The notes beneath the pieces were generated by a model that saw only the letters and a program-made list of their open reading frames with translations, did not search any database and was not told where the DNA came from. A stretch of DNA of 63,862 nucleotides, filler included, from Catajapyx aquilonaris (lineage: Eukaryota), in the NCBI GenBank assembly GCA_000934665.2. It is 3 parts of 3 records of this genome, joined end to end, with 100 filler letters (N's around TTAATTAATTAA, not from the genome) between each part and the next. Parts side by side here need not be neighbours in the genome. Positions count along the whole stretch, not along the records: positions 42,799 to 63,862 come from KZ539486.1; 2 more parts are not named here. One strand, written 5' to 3'. Position 1 is the stretch's first letter. Every line of letters starts with the position of its first letter. A program made the translations under genes and the position numbers. Positions 51,881 to 63,480 of the stretch are shown one piece after another.

Positions 51881-51962
51881 AGTTGACAACAACATCACAA
51901 CATTTCCCTATGAGGGGTAGTCAGCGATGAAGCGAGACACAAGCTAACCAAACATAATTTCC

Positions 51963-52538
51963 ATACCTAACTGTAAAAAGCAGACATCCGCCAAAAAGTA
52001 AATTTTACAGGAGACACAAAAAACCGCCTGTAAAGTTAACTAGTTGTCATAAAAATATAAGGTGTCGTTAATATTGGACACAGTTGGTGCTGCATTGAAG
52101 CATGCATTACATTCTTAAATGAAATCGTAATTCTGGTAAAAATGTCACATATCTGCTTTTTCCACACGACATAACAAACACGTGTCTGCTTATTACGGGC
52201 GCCGGTGGAGTATGGAGAAATGGATATGTCCTGATATGTCTGGTTCTTACGGGCGCCGGTGGAGTATAGAGAAATGGATATGTCCTGATATGTCTGGTTC
52301 TTACGGGCGCCGGTGAAGTATGGAGAAATGGATATGTCCTGATATGTCTGGTTCTTACGGTCACACTCTAGTATAGGGATTGGCTTATCTGCTTTCACCA
52401 TTGCCATATCTCATGAACGGAGAGGCTTAGCGATGTCTGGTTTATACAGAACGACGCGTCCCTCTATCAGAAAATTTTTGAACCAAAAAAAGCGGAATCG
52501 GCAAACATGGCGGTTGTCTGCTTTTTACAGTTAGGTAT
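51963..52538. mobile_element. MITE with ~30-bp TIRs and an internal 54-bp tandem array
   Basis: atacctaactgtaaaaagcagaca versus tgtctgctttttacagttaggtat. Confidence 0.85.
52193..52360. repeat. 54-bp minisatellite, 3.1 copies
   Basis: ttacgggcgccggtggagtatggagaaatggatatgtcctgatatgtctggttc repeated head-to-tail without spacers. Confidence 0.95.
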
Positions 52539-52824
52539 CGATATGAACTAAATTAAAACGTGTGAAAATAAACCTATAAACAACTCGTCCCACACCCCAC
52601 CCCTGCCCATCTCAGACGACAGACACTGAATATTAAATTTAAATATTACACAATGCAATACGGTACTTCGCCAAATCAAGCCCCCTCACCACCAGCCACT
52701 TCTCCGGACGCCCTGGCCATGCCGACGTGTATGGCACCACCCTTGCACCTCATCGACCCCGCCAAGGACGTCCCCTCTACTCTCCGGAGCGAAGGAAGCC
52801 TTATCCTCAGACCTATTGACCAAT

Positions 52825-53055
52825 TTATACATTAATTAACCTAAGCCATTTACACCTCTCCAAACAAACAAGCCTAGCCTCAGCCACGTCCATGGTCCTA
52901 TTGACACATGTACATCTCGGCTTAACACTAGCAACACCCTTAAGACAATGACCCACCTGGTCCAACCATGTCTTCCTAGGCCTCCCCTTGCCCCTCTTAC
53001 CAACTACTCCACCCAAATACGCTTGGAATATATTTTTCTGCGATGGTTTGACCAA
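52825..53055 (-). mobile_element. RTE-clade LINE 3' end
   Basis: VVGKRGKGRPRKTWLDQV...MDVAEARLVCLERCKW resembles the RTE C-terminus (G.R.RGRPR..W.D). Confidence 0.8.
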
Positions 53056-53661
53056 CGCTCCAGAAATTGTTCTTTTTGGTCGCGGAGAGATGATCGGGAG
53101 AACCGCATGTTAAGTAGTTGACAGTTTAATTAAATACCTTAGCACCTGAAAACTCCCTTCTTTCACTTACCTTGTTATTGCAGAGGGCCTCTCAATTATT
53201 GCATCACCCTCCGGACGTCTGCTTCCAGGCTGACCTCAGGGTGTGTGGGTGTACGAATGGGGAAAAAAGGCTGCATGTGCAGAAAAAGTATTGCACCATG
53301 TGTGCTAAAACGTGACAATATATACTGGTAGATGTAAAGTTGGAAACATCATCTGGGATGAATGGCAATCATTATGTCGCAGCTGATCAAGACATAGGTC
53401 ACTAGATTTCAAACTGAGACCCAATTCTGACATCTCCTTCTGACCATGTTTTATATACAATTTCTATGTGTTGCATTACCTTCAAGTCCCACGTCCCACG
53501 TCCCACGTCCCACGTCCCACGTGCCACAGAAGCTGACCTAAAACACGACAATGATGTGGTACTGCGACGAGCCATGTCTGACATGCCTCAATCAGAGACA
53601 GGGAAGACCACAGCTAGAGCATACTGCGACTGACATTTCTTAAGCTGACCAGGTTCCTCAT

Positions 53662-53766
53662 CTTCTCATTACTTGCAATGACAGTACTTGTATATTCCTA
53701 GCCAATAGCTAATAATATACTGGAGCTATTGGCTAGGAATATAGGGTCATTGCAAGTAATGAGAAG
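53662..53766. repeat. 105-nt imperfect hairpin
   Basis: cttctcattacttgcaatgac..tatattcctagccaatagct / agctattggctaggaatata..gtcattgcaagtaatgagaag. Confidence 0.85.
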
Positions 53767-54454
53767 TGCAGGTTTAAACCACCAAGATCCATCTGAAAAA
53801 AAAGTACACAAGTAAGATATGATGCACTGTACAATAATTATCCGCACATTGGTCAGGAGGAGATGTCAGTCACTGGACTTCAGCATACTGTAGTTGCCAA
53901 CACAGGCATCAAAAGAGGTGTCTCACTTTACATTGTTACAACCAAAATTGTGGAAGCATTTCACCTATTCCAAGACTCCCAACTGGCAGCTGCCACATAC
54001 ACTACTGGGTCAGTGTTACTGGACGAAAGGGAAGAATCTCTTTCTTCTTAAACTTACAAAAGGAGGCAGAGTCACATTTATCTCGAATGTGAGATTCACT
54101 GTTACTCTCAAATTTAGGCCCCAAGGCCACTTTACTCACAAAAATTAGAAGTCATGCTCCCACTCACCAGAATATAAGTAAACCTTACCCCTGCTATGAT
54201 CAAATGTGAAGAAAGTGAAACTAGTTGCCAAGCATGTATACATAGATGTGAAAGGTTCTGGTGCCTTTACTTCTGGCGTCACAACAATCCCTAAATGGAG
54301 TATTACAATAACTGTTCATGAAGGGATTTAACTGGCGAAACACATTTTGTGCAAGCCAACTGCTTGAGAATCCAGTTCCAGTAACAATGATTTTTAGTGA
54401 GGGTGTTCCTAACACAGTCGAATAAGGATATAAAAGACGTTCATGGGACCTCTA

Positions 54455-54737
54455 TCAGTGGGGCTTAACGGCGGCGTATTTCTGCTGCTAAGGCTACACA
54501 CCGATGCCAGGGGGTGGTCCTCCTCCTGGAAATTTGGCCACTCTGGGGATCTTTAACATGAACTCGCGCAATGTCACAAGCACACGGGATCGACGGCTTT
54601 ACTTCCCCTCCGAAGGAAGGCGCACTCTCAATTTTCTACCACAAGGAGAAAAGTCCCCGACCTCGGCCAGGTTGGAACCCACAACTTTGGGACTAGAGGC
54701 AAGCGCGCTAACCACCAGTCCACCAGCGCCGGCTACT
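54455..54737 (-). mobile_element. tRNA-derived SINE with CCTTCGGAGGGGAAGTAAAGCCG central block
   Basis: Minus strand shows an A-box-like tggactggtggttagcgcg, a B-box ggttccaacc, and a central block I recall from insect SINEs. Confidence 0.75.
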
Positions 54738-55343
54738 TCCAGGGACCGTGGAGAAAGTGCATGGGCCCCGCTTAATAAGTGACAGGAGAGAGGCACTAGA
54801 CTAATTAGAGACTTCCATGCTCTTCCATAATCACCATAGTCTGCCAAGGTTGGTAGGGACATGTGCCATCGTACCCCATATGCATTTTTTTTTACCTTTC
54901 TAGTCCTCCTGCTCTCGAGTGACAAATATTAAATGGCCATTTATGCTGTCATTTTGTAGGCAGATAGTCTGCCTTGCAAACGCATCATTGGCCTCAGTGA
55001 TCTAGCACCTCCTTGGGAGAAAAAAGAGAAACTAATGAGAAATTGACTCAAATCATCAAAAATTGAAAAAATCGGTCATGCCACCAACAGTCTTTTCCGA
55101 TTGAATTGGAAATCGGATGTAATGTGGAGCATGTCTATCTGCACCTACCACATAAACATCATGTCCGTGAACCTAATAGCCTCTACAGAAATTTGACTGC
55201 CAATGTACCCCTGTGCCTGTAGCCATCGTGCCCCGGTCTCCCCTACTCCATGCAGGCCTTCCCTGAAAAAAAAGAACAGGGCCGAGGCTGGTCACCGGTG
55301 CCGCCGAGAAGGTGGGGGAATTGCGTGTGAGCCTGCCCGCCTC

Positions 55344-55382
55344 CTTCCTTCCTTCCTTCCTTCCTTCCTTCCTTCCTTCCTT
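55344..55382. repeat. (CTTC)n microsatellite
   Basis: Directly visible. Confidence 0.9.
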
Positions 55383-57217
55383 TCCCCTCAATGAGGCAGT
55401 ACTCGGCCAAGCTGCAGCCAGTGGCTCAGAATTAAACACAATAATATCAACAATACCTGGGGACCAATCACAGGATCTCACACTGCCAGAGGTGGAAGGC
55501 TGCTGGGCTAACCACGATGCCAACACCTGCAGATGACAGAACTCTGCATTACATTACACATAACTCTCGCCTAACTTAAACCATGCCAACATTGTTATTA
55601 GTAAGTAATAATTTTGGGAGCATCATGTAACCCAGCAAAGTTGTGGTGTAATAAGTTAAAGGGGACAAGCTATTGTTTATCTGCACGTTAACAACAAGGC
55701 CCCCCGACCGTTGGCAACGTTGCGTCGCAAACAATCGGGTGCCTATTGATACTGCTGCATGGTTACATGGAACTGTGCTTTATTTTTCTTTTCGGGCTTT
55801 CGGGGATTCAATTCGGGATTTTGAGGTGATTAAGTGGATGGAATAGCCCTTTGTCTTGGTATTTCTGTATGGCTTTTTGTTACCGCAACAGTACTGTACA
55901 TCGTTGCGGCCCTGCCAGGCACAGTACGTCGCCCATGCGTGATATTTTTAGTTTTTGCGGAGCGATAGCGGAGCTGGGCGCTTATTGTGGGTTTCTGTAT
56001 CCGCAACATTTACTGTCCGTCTTGTGGCGCCGCATGCCAACGAACGTTATTGTGGCTTTGCCAAGCGCGAAGTACACCTTCAATGACGCCTTAATTTAGG
56101 ATTTTCTGTAAAATAGTCTGGGTTGCAATTATGGCCATGTTGGCCATAATAGAAAGAAACAAAAGAAACATACGAAGAAGAGGCCTTCTCAGAAGGAGAA
56201 GGGGGAAAAAAGTTGCAGTGATTTTTGAGTCTTCCATTCTCAGCTTTTCCTTACTTCCTTTGATTCTTATTGCAGTGGCAATACAGTGGCATTTATTTGA
56301 TAAGTACTTGTGCAATTACATTTTTTCCTTAGTTTCTATTACCTAACTTAATCTTCATGTAAGGAGTTTCAACAAAAAAACAGTAACTCTGCTAAATATT
56401 TATGAACATTCTTTTAGGCAAGTGAAAGTTTGTTGGCCATAATAACATCACTTTTTAATATGGCCAAATGGCAGACCTAAGGGCGAAAATATTTTTCCCA
56501 TTGTTCCCTTTCAGCTATACGCCGGATTATTTTGTCCTCCACTAGCAAGGTTCCAATGTACAAGAGAGTGTACTTTGTTTTTTAAAATGTACCAATACGT
56601 CTTCAGGAAAATTCGCCTAAGCTTAGCTTGGCCATATTACCATCAGGTACCTTATTATCATAATACAGTGAAACCTACCCATAACGGACCCTGGATATAG
56701 CGGAAACCTATCCATTACGGAATTGTTTCGGGGAATGGGCACATGCATAGGGCATGCAATGTATTTTTTGAAGGATATAACGGAACCTGCCCAACAAGAA
56801 ACGGAAGGGATTTTTGTCTCCCTTCAAAGAAAATCCCTGTTCATAAGGGAAATCAAAAGGCTCACATTATCTCCTCTGGGTCACAAAAAATAGAAACTAC
56901 AGCTGAGTTCCCTATCGGCCCTCCCAGGAGGCCTCTGAGTAACCCTATTTGGACTGGCCGTGTGTCTCATAATTGCTACCGGTCCATGGTCTTGACTCTT
57001 GAAGATCAAGGTTGAGGAAAGGAGCCTATTTTTGGTTGGGAAACTCGAAAAACCGCTTGTGGGACGGGCCAAGATGATGTGACTCATGTAATTCGTAGGT
57101 GCCTAGTAGGTGCATTTTAGTTCATCAGTCCAGTTTTGAAATGTCGGGGAAGATGAAGGGGTTAACACCGGTTCAGCATATTGCCAGAGTCCAGGCTGAT
57201 GGGCCCCCCGATGGTAT

Positions 57218-57343
57218 CTCCACCTTATCGTGGTGGTGGGGTTTGCGTTTCTCCCAAGACCCCAAGAGCTATGCCGGCGGTAGCTTCATCTACTGGTAGG
57301 GCCACCCAAGCCAGACAGGTCTGTGGGATAGGACACAGACTAA
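57218..57343 (+). mobile_element. RTE-type LINE 5'UTR fragment (continues after 59553)
   Basis: ctccaccttatcgtggtgg...gagctatgccggcggtag...ggtagggccaccca.gccagacaggtc resembles RTE 5' ends as I recall them. Confidence 0.6.
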
Positions 57344-59550
57344 CAAGGGAAGACCTTGACGTGTGACTAACGGATTTGGACAAAAATCGCTCAGTGGGTA
57401 AATGACATGCTAAGAATTCACTGGTGAACGTAAAAACCCGCACTTTGCAGCCATTTTCGAGATATGAGTGACGTCAGATCCGGCGCGCTCAATATAGTGC
57501 ATCCTCTTGCTCCCTTTTTAGACTTTTTATTATCATCGGAAAAAAAGTCTGTTGCCGGGTGTCAGGGCCTCAACCGCAACAGATAGCGGCAAACGGTTTT
57601 CGGATTCGGATTAAACGTGACCTAAATAGGTGTCATGGCCAACTTCCGGTGCCCCGCCACTTCCGGTTTTCCGGGTTCACTCTATCCTCACAAGTCTACT
57701 TCAGAGTTTGAGACCAATGCCCCAGTCCCGTGACGGCCATGGTGCTGCAGGCGACGCTGTGGGCCAAACAGCTGGTCGCACAGTGCGATGGTACGATTTG
57801 GATTGTTTCCGACTCCATGTCGGCTTTGCAGGTGGTAGTCGATCAGAGAACGAGGGAGCTGTGAGATGCCAATGGATTCTATATGAGCTGGGCGATAGAG
57901 TCGAGTTAATTTGGGTGAGAGCTCACGTTGGGGTGGTTGGAAATGAGGCGGCGGATGAAGCTGCGAAAAATGCTGTTGCCTCGGAGTCACTCGAGGTCTC
58001 TTTCCTTCCGGAGGTCAAATCGGCCATTAAGGGGCGTCTAATTGGAGCGGCGGAGGTCAAATGGCAGTCGCGTTGGGACAAATCCATGAACAAGCCGTAT
58101 TTCCGGTAAAATCAGCCTGGGGTTAAAATCAGCAAGGACACACTACTCCATGGGCATACCGCCCGGATCATTTCGGGTCATGGCCGTTTTTGACCTACCT
58201 GGTGTGCTTTGGGCTTCGTAGAGGAGTTGGAGCCTGCCCGTGTGGAGGGGGGCTGCAGAACCCTGATCACATGCTGTGGCACTGTTGCTTGCCGGGGCTG
58301 AGGGAGGCACGTGCGCAGATGAGGAGCTTGTGCATGCGTAATGGAGCAGGTTGGCCCCCGTCACCGCGACGTGTTTTTGGTACCCTTTTCAAGAATTTTA
58401 ATGCTCTCAGTTTAGCCGCGGATAATTTGCTGAAGGAATTGAATAAATATGCTCTCTGTGGAGTTCTGAGCATTATGGTGGCCGTTTATCGTCCCTATGA
58501 CGGTAGATTAGCCCCATAAAGTAAGGGGGGATATGGATGGACCATTTGGAGTCTTCACCAGCCGGTGGCGGTCGGTGTGGACAGTGTTTTCAGGAATGGG
58601 GGGCTCTGAGGCCTTATGCCGGGCCAGCCCCCCTGATCAAATTTAACTTAATAGTCCCGTGACGGAAATAGGGGTTCTACTGTGATCTTTTGTAACAATT
58701 TGTAAATTTAGTACGATTAAACTTGAATGATACTACTTCATCGTCAATGTTACTTTCTTTGGGGAAAATTTATCCATAAAGTTTCATCCTTGAAAGAATG
58801 ACAAAATGTATTTTCTAATCACACTCATGTGATTTGCCAATCTGGTTTGGTCCCCTTCTCCTTCCCGCCTTTTTCTAGTCAAGTTCGTAACATGGTTTAA
58901 TTTTTGGCTGCACATACTGCAATTCAATGTCATGTGGCACATGCTTTAGCCTAATTAATAAGTTAGTTATAATAAACACAAGAAATGAGCAGTATGTACT
59001 GGATCCCTCTATTTATCATATAAGATGACTGTCTTTCTCGCCGAGTATGGGCGCCTTACGGACTCCATTAAATACTGACACAAATTACCTGAAGAGGCAT
59101 GGAATGATGACACCTTCCCATCTTCTTGAGCGATAGAAGTACATAAGGAAGGTGACGTCATGTATCGTTAGTGCCCTTCTTGAACGAATTTTAGTCACAC
59201 TTAACTGATGACATACCAATCACAAACATGACGTTTTACATTTTTGAGCATAAAGAAATTGCTATGTAATTATTCGTCCGAATCCGAAAACAGTTTGCTG
59301 CTATCTGTTGCGGTTGAGGCCCTGATACCTGTCAACATACTTTTTTTTCGCTGATAAGTCTAAAAAGGGAGCAATAGGACTATAGGAGCAAAGGGACTAT
59401 ATTGAGCGCGCTGGATCTGACGTCACTCATATCTCAAAAATGGCTGCAAAGTGCGGGTTTTTATGTTCACCAGTGAATTCTATGCATGTGATTTACCCAC
59501 TGAGCGATTTTTGTCCAAATCCGTTAGTCACACGTCACGGTCTTCCCTTG
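57344..59550. mobile_element. DNA element with ~265-bp TIRs (CAAGGGAAGACC...) and 3-bp TAA TSD
   Basis: 57344-57610 is inverted at about 59280-59550. TAA at 57341-57343 and 59551-59553. Confidence 0.85.
57700..58520 (+). mobile_element. 5'-truncated R1/LOA/I-group LINE: RNase H end plus CCHC knuckle (degenerate)
   Basis: ELIWVRAHVGVVGNEAADEAAK (RNase H), WQSRWD, and SGHG.F..YL..F....CPCG....DHMLWHC, with stops and frameshifts. Confidence 0.88.
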
Positions 59551-59896
59551 TAAGAGAGATACCAGTCTTTTCTCTCTACTTGTTCCTCTTCGCGTCTCTC
59601 TCCATCTGTCCCACCTTTGAATCTTTTTTTTTTTTTTTAACCCCGTGATAGAGCCAGTGGCTCTCTTAGGGGGGAAGGGGGAGGTTCACTAGAGAGGGCT
59701 CTGTAATTTTTGAGTCATTTCTGACTTGTGAAAAACACCAGGCCTTTTCTACTGGCCCCAGGGAAATAGGGAGTGCAATTCTGCCCCGGCATGACGGGTG
59801 AAAAGCGGAAAAAGACCCGGCCAAGCTGAGGTGACGGGGACGGGATTTGAACCCCGGCCTCCCACTTGGCTGGCCAGCGGCGTAGCCGCTAGACCA

Positions 59897-60552
59897 CAGT
59901 GCCGTCTTAACTGCAAGACAGGCTCCCGGGCAAAGCAGGGCAGTGGAGCCCCTTGCTACACAATCACTCAAGAAGAATAAAAATGTAAGTGGACGATAAA
60001 ATAAAACACAATATACGTAGGCTACGTATGTGCATTTTAAATATACTGAGGAAATTATTTGTATCAATGGTTAATCAAGAACAAATGCAGGCGCGTAGGC
60101 AGAGAAATTTCGGGGGAGGGCCCGTAGCTGCAGAGGGCGGGGAGCAAGCCCGCCGCAGGCGAAGTTTTTTTTTTTTTGGGGNGGGGGGTTCAGGGTTGAG
60201 CTTAGGTGAATGTGGGATATTTGAATGGGTGTGCATTTGATGAAATTGGTAGCTCTTTTTTCTAATGTTATTTCAAACATTTCAGGCGCCTGCCTATGCC
60301 ACTGACAAAATAATAGTCTACTACGCACTACAATTATACTCTCCTCCTTTCCGCTTAGGTCTGGTCCTAATTATGAGTTGAATCAAATTACTCTTGATTT
60401 TCTAATTTTAGAGTACAAGTTCTCCAGTCTCTAGGATCGTATGGTATTTTTTTTACATATTAATTTTAAAAAACAGCAAGATCCATGGGGGCCCTATACT
60501 CCTGGGGCCCCCGGGCAACTGCCCAGCTAGCCCATACGGTAAGACGGCACTG
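59897..60552. mobile_element. 656-bp hAT-type MITE
   Basis: TIR CAGTGCCGTCTTA. Perfect 8-bp TSD CTAGACCA at 59889-59896 and 60553-60560. Confidence 0.93.
60088..60304. mobile_element. Possible hAT-like MITE inside the 59897 element
   Basis: CAGGCGCGTAGGCAG versus CTGCCTATGCCACTG. The TSD is not clean. Confidence 0.45.
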
Positions 60553-61273
60553 CTAGACCACCATGCCATCCCTACCTTTGAATCTTCTATAGACAGACAG
60601 CCACAGTTGCTGTGGCTTCTTCCTAATAAACCATACCAAACCAGGCTGATGGTCCAATGGAGCAGGCAAAATTATGATTTTGCAAAATATTGAGGCAAGA
60701 TCCTTATTTTTGCTCTCCCCATTATCCTCTCTTTCTCGAGGGCAAAAAAAATTAGTAACGTCCTTGATCTGGTTATAGCGGAAACCTGTCCATTACGGGA
60801 AATTTTTGGGGTCTCGTGCAATTCCGCTATACACGGGTTTGAGGTTTCACTGTATAACAATTCAATTTCCCTAACTCCTAAGTCTAGTAGATATAAAGCC
60901 CCTAATCGAGGAGGAAATAGGTCTCAATGTCATCGCAGATAATACACTTGGCATTAAAACTGCATTACAATATCTCCTAAGTTGCGAATACAGCCCGACA
61001 CTTTCATTGCTACACCTACTAAAATTAAAGCTGAATCATAACACATTCATCTTGTACTTTTTTAAACGGTTGTGCTGGGAGACACATACTTTATAGGATA
61101 TTTTATGCCCTTGTTTGAAGCCATTACCTCAGAAACAAGGCTTCAGAGATCAAGTATCTACCATATGTAAAGCAATCCTCTGGGGCTCAGTAGTATGTTC
61201 TAGCAGTTTGTCTGAATAATTATAAAATGCCTTGCATAGGTCAATTGAAAACACAAGAGTTGTCAAGCCTTAC

Positions 61274-61848
61274 CTCTCTGGGTCATAAAATCTGTAATTG
61301 TTGAACATGTGCAGGGGGTCCTTGGCCTCGTAGGGGTTTCCATAATGCCCGTACCTTTCCACTGGGTGCCACAGTAGGTTCCTTCGTCTCTGTCTCATCC
61401 CTGTGTCCTCTTCATAGATGCTCACAAAGTCACCGAGCTCAAACACTACGCTTCTCCAGTTGTACAAGACAGGGAACGGGTTCCCGATACTGTCGCTAAT
61501 GGTACGAGAGTGCAACTTGAGTTTGTCAACCAGATAAATCCGACCATGAGTGAGGATCTCTCCATCGAATCTCCCATGGCGGAGATATCCTGTCACCGAG
61601 GAGTTGTATCGTTCTTGTTCAATGTATCCACACCAGGGTACCCTGGACATTGCAAGGTATTTCAAAGGTTTTCCAGCCACCAGCCTTAGTCATATTGAGA
61701 TCTTTTTGGCATCGGATATAAAGAGAAATGTCGAGTGACAGTGGAAGTCTGTGTGTAGAGAGAAATAGTAATCATCTGGTTTGTCCGGTTTATCAGTGGA
61801 TGCGCTGGCAGGACCGTCTTGTACAGCATCACATCTCTTCCTAGGGCC
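61274..61848 (-). pseudogene. ADAM10/Kuzbanian-like metalloprotease prodomain exon with apparent 1-nt frameshift (pseudogene or assembly error)
   Basis: Acceptor ctccatttcag| and donor GAGAG|gtaagg. WCGYIEQE..SSVTGYLRHGRFDGEILTHGRIYLVD...RSVVFELGD aligns by eye with the ADAM10 prodomain [36 protein letters not shown]...HSVIYHEDD. The frame breaks at about 61689. Confidence 0.6.
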
Positions 61849-61909
61849 CTGAAATGGAGATGCCGAGAGGTTGGTCAGCCACTGGGTACAACACATCTGC
61901 AAGGAATAC

Positions 61910-61965
61910 CTTGGTCTGTATACGAACACTGGACTCCAGCATCCGTCCCAGCATTCTACTCGACC
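61910..61965 (-). CDS. Small upstream exon of the ADAM-like gene (GRVECWDGCWSPVFVYRP)
   Basis: Donor AAG|gtattc and a 61-nt intron with a gctgac branch point. Phase 2 fits the 61848 exon. The 5' boundary is uncertain (acceptor ttttccag, or ATG at 62010). Confidence 0.45.
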
Positions 61966-62336
61966 CTGGAAAATGTAGCCAGTGCGAGAAGAGGAGAAGA
62001 GGATGTGCATATAGTTTGCATGTCATGTCGGGCCGTCGCGTCGGATTGTTTTGATGTGTCTATTTCACTATAAAAATAGTGAAAGAAGTCCTAACATGGG
62101 CCTTTTGGATGTGTTACATGGGCATTGTGGGAAAGTGCTTAATGTCAATATTCACTTTGGAATGCAACAACTTTTCTGTAGAATTTGGCCACATAGGACT
62201 TTGTCTAGTGAATGAAGCCAGTGCTCATTCTAGATGAATTGGAGAACATCGTTCCTGAGGTTCTTGGAGTTGTTCCTGTGCATTTCCTACAGCGGACCAT
62301 GTGGTGTACCTCAATCATATTTAGCGATGTAATGCA

Positions 62337-62968
62337 TGCCCATCCTCAGTGCAGTTCGCCCAACCCCAATGGAGTGGTGGGGTAAGAAACAAAATGTAAT
62401 AAAAATCACCGTTATGATTATCTGAACTTTAGAATAGATCATTATGAAGGGTAACAATGGAGTTATGCGGACACCACAGTTTAAGTTGATTTGACAGTTA
62501 ACAGCGGAAATAAATAAGATTACACGTTGGATTTCTGTGGGGTCTGGTAAAAATTGCCGTCATTATGTTCATAAAGCGGTATGTGACGGTATGTTACTTA
62601 GCAGGACATTAATTTTAATAACGAACCTGAGGGGCCACACAAACCCAAACTCAGTATTAAAATTAAAATCAAAATATCTACCGCGGAATTTTAAAATGTT
62701 TATAGCTCCCAGAAGTTTTCTGATTGCTACACTTTGGTGCACAACATTTAACAGTTGTCCAAGGTGTAATCATATTTACCGGTACTTCAGTTGTTAACAT
62801 TACTGTCAAATCAACTTCAACTTTGGTGTCCCCTTAACTGCAATGTTACGATTCGTAAATAGCCATTCTAAATTCCAGATAATCTAATGGAGATTTTTTA
62901 TCGCATTTTGTTTAACACCCAGCTGCTCCATTTTTTGGGGGGTGGACGAACTACACTGATGTTGGGCA
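62337..62968. mobile_element. Old MITE with long degenerate TIRs
   Basis: cagtgcagttcgccca..ggacaccacagtttaagttgatttgacag versus ctgtcaaatcaacttcaactttggtgtcc..tggacgaactacactg. Confidence 0.65.
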
Positions 62969-63332
62969 AGTAGGCTATATTGAATATATGTCACCTGACG
63001 TTTTATTTTTTAATGACTTCTGGAAAACAAACATGGAAAATTGTACCAATAATAATGAAAAGTAACCCGGACCAATCGTGGAAAATCCAGCCCCGTAGGC
63101 TATGAGTCACAAGATTTTAAAACTGGTATTGACAGGTGTGAAATGTGCTGGGGAGAGGAGGGGAGGGGACTTAAGAAGGTAAAAGGTCACTTCCCCTTTC
63201 ATCCCAACAGATTAACCACATGTGACATTGCCAATGTTAAACACGGGCTATTACCATCCCCTTGTGGAAAGGTTTCAAATAGTTCCTGACCTTCCCACAC
63301 TAAGCTCTAGTGAGTCAACGAGTGACTTTCTC

Positions 63333-63455
63333 CTAGGGGTTCTTCCATATACCACGTGACCGTTTAGGGGGGAGGGGGGGTCTGCTGATATACCACGGTT
63401 GGTCACGAGGGGGGGGGGGGGTCGGCGAAAATTCACGTGGTATCTCTGAACACAG
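63333..63455. mobile_element. Short TAGGGG..CCACGTG-type MITE remnant
   Basis: taggggttcttccatataccacgtg ... cacgtggtatctctgaac. Confidence 0.4.
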
Positions 63456-63480
63456 TGAATTGGCACATATGGGACCTTTT

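Larger units (their letters stand above)
51699..53198. mobile_element. Old TIR element (~50-80-bp inverted ends) hosting younger insertions
   Basis: taattgaggggcctctgcaataacaaggtaagtgaaag (51699) is inverted at 53146-53198. Confidence 0.6.
59690..60574 (-). mobile_element. tRNA-derived SINE split in its A-box by a hAT MITE
   Basis: Reconstructed minus strand tggcatggTGGTCTAGCGG...GGTTCAAATCCcg gives Pol III A and B boxes. Confidence 0.8.
56666..60852. mobile_element. pogo/Tigger-like MITE expanded by nested insertions
   Basis: TA|CAGTGAAACCT ... AGGTTTCACTG|TA. The subterminal repeat tatagcggaaacct(a/g)tccattacgg occurs near both ends. Confidence 0.75.

Noticed and set aside
52193..52360. 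CRISPR-like array
   Set aside because: The 54-bp units are contiguous with no unique spacers. The context is eukaryotic and there are no cas genes.
58847..58858. miR-133-like TTGGTCCCCTTC
   Set aside because: Only a 12-nt match, after which it diverges. No hairpin.
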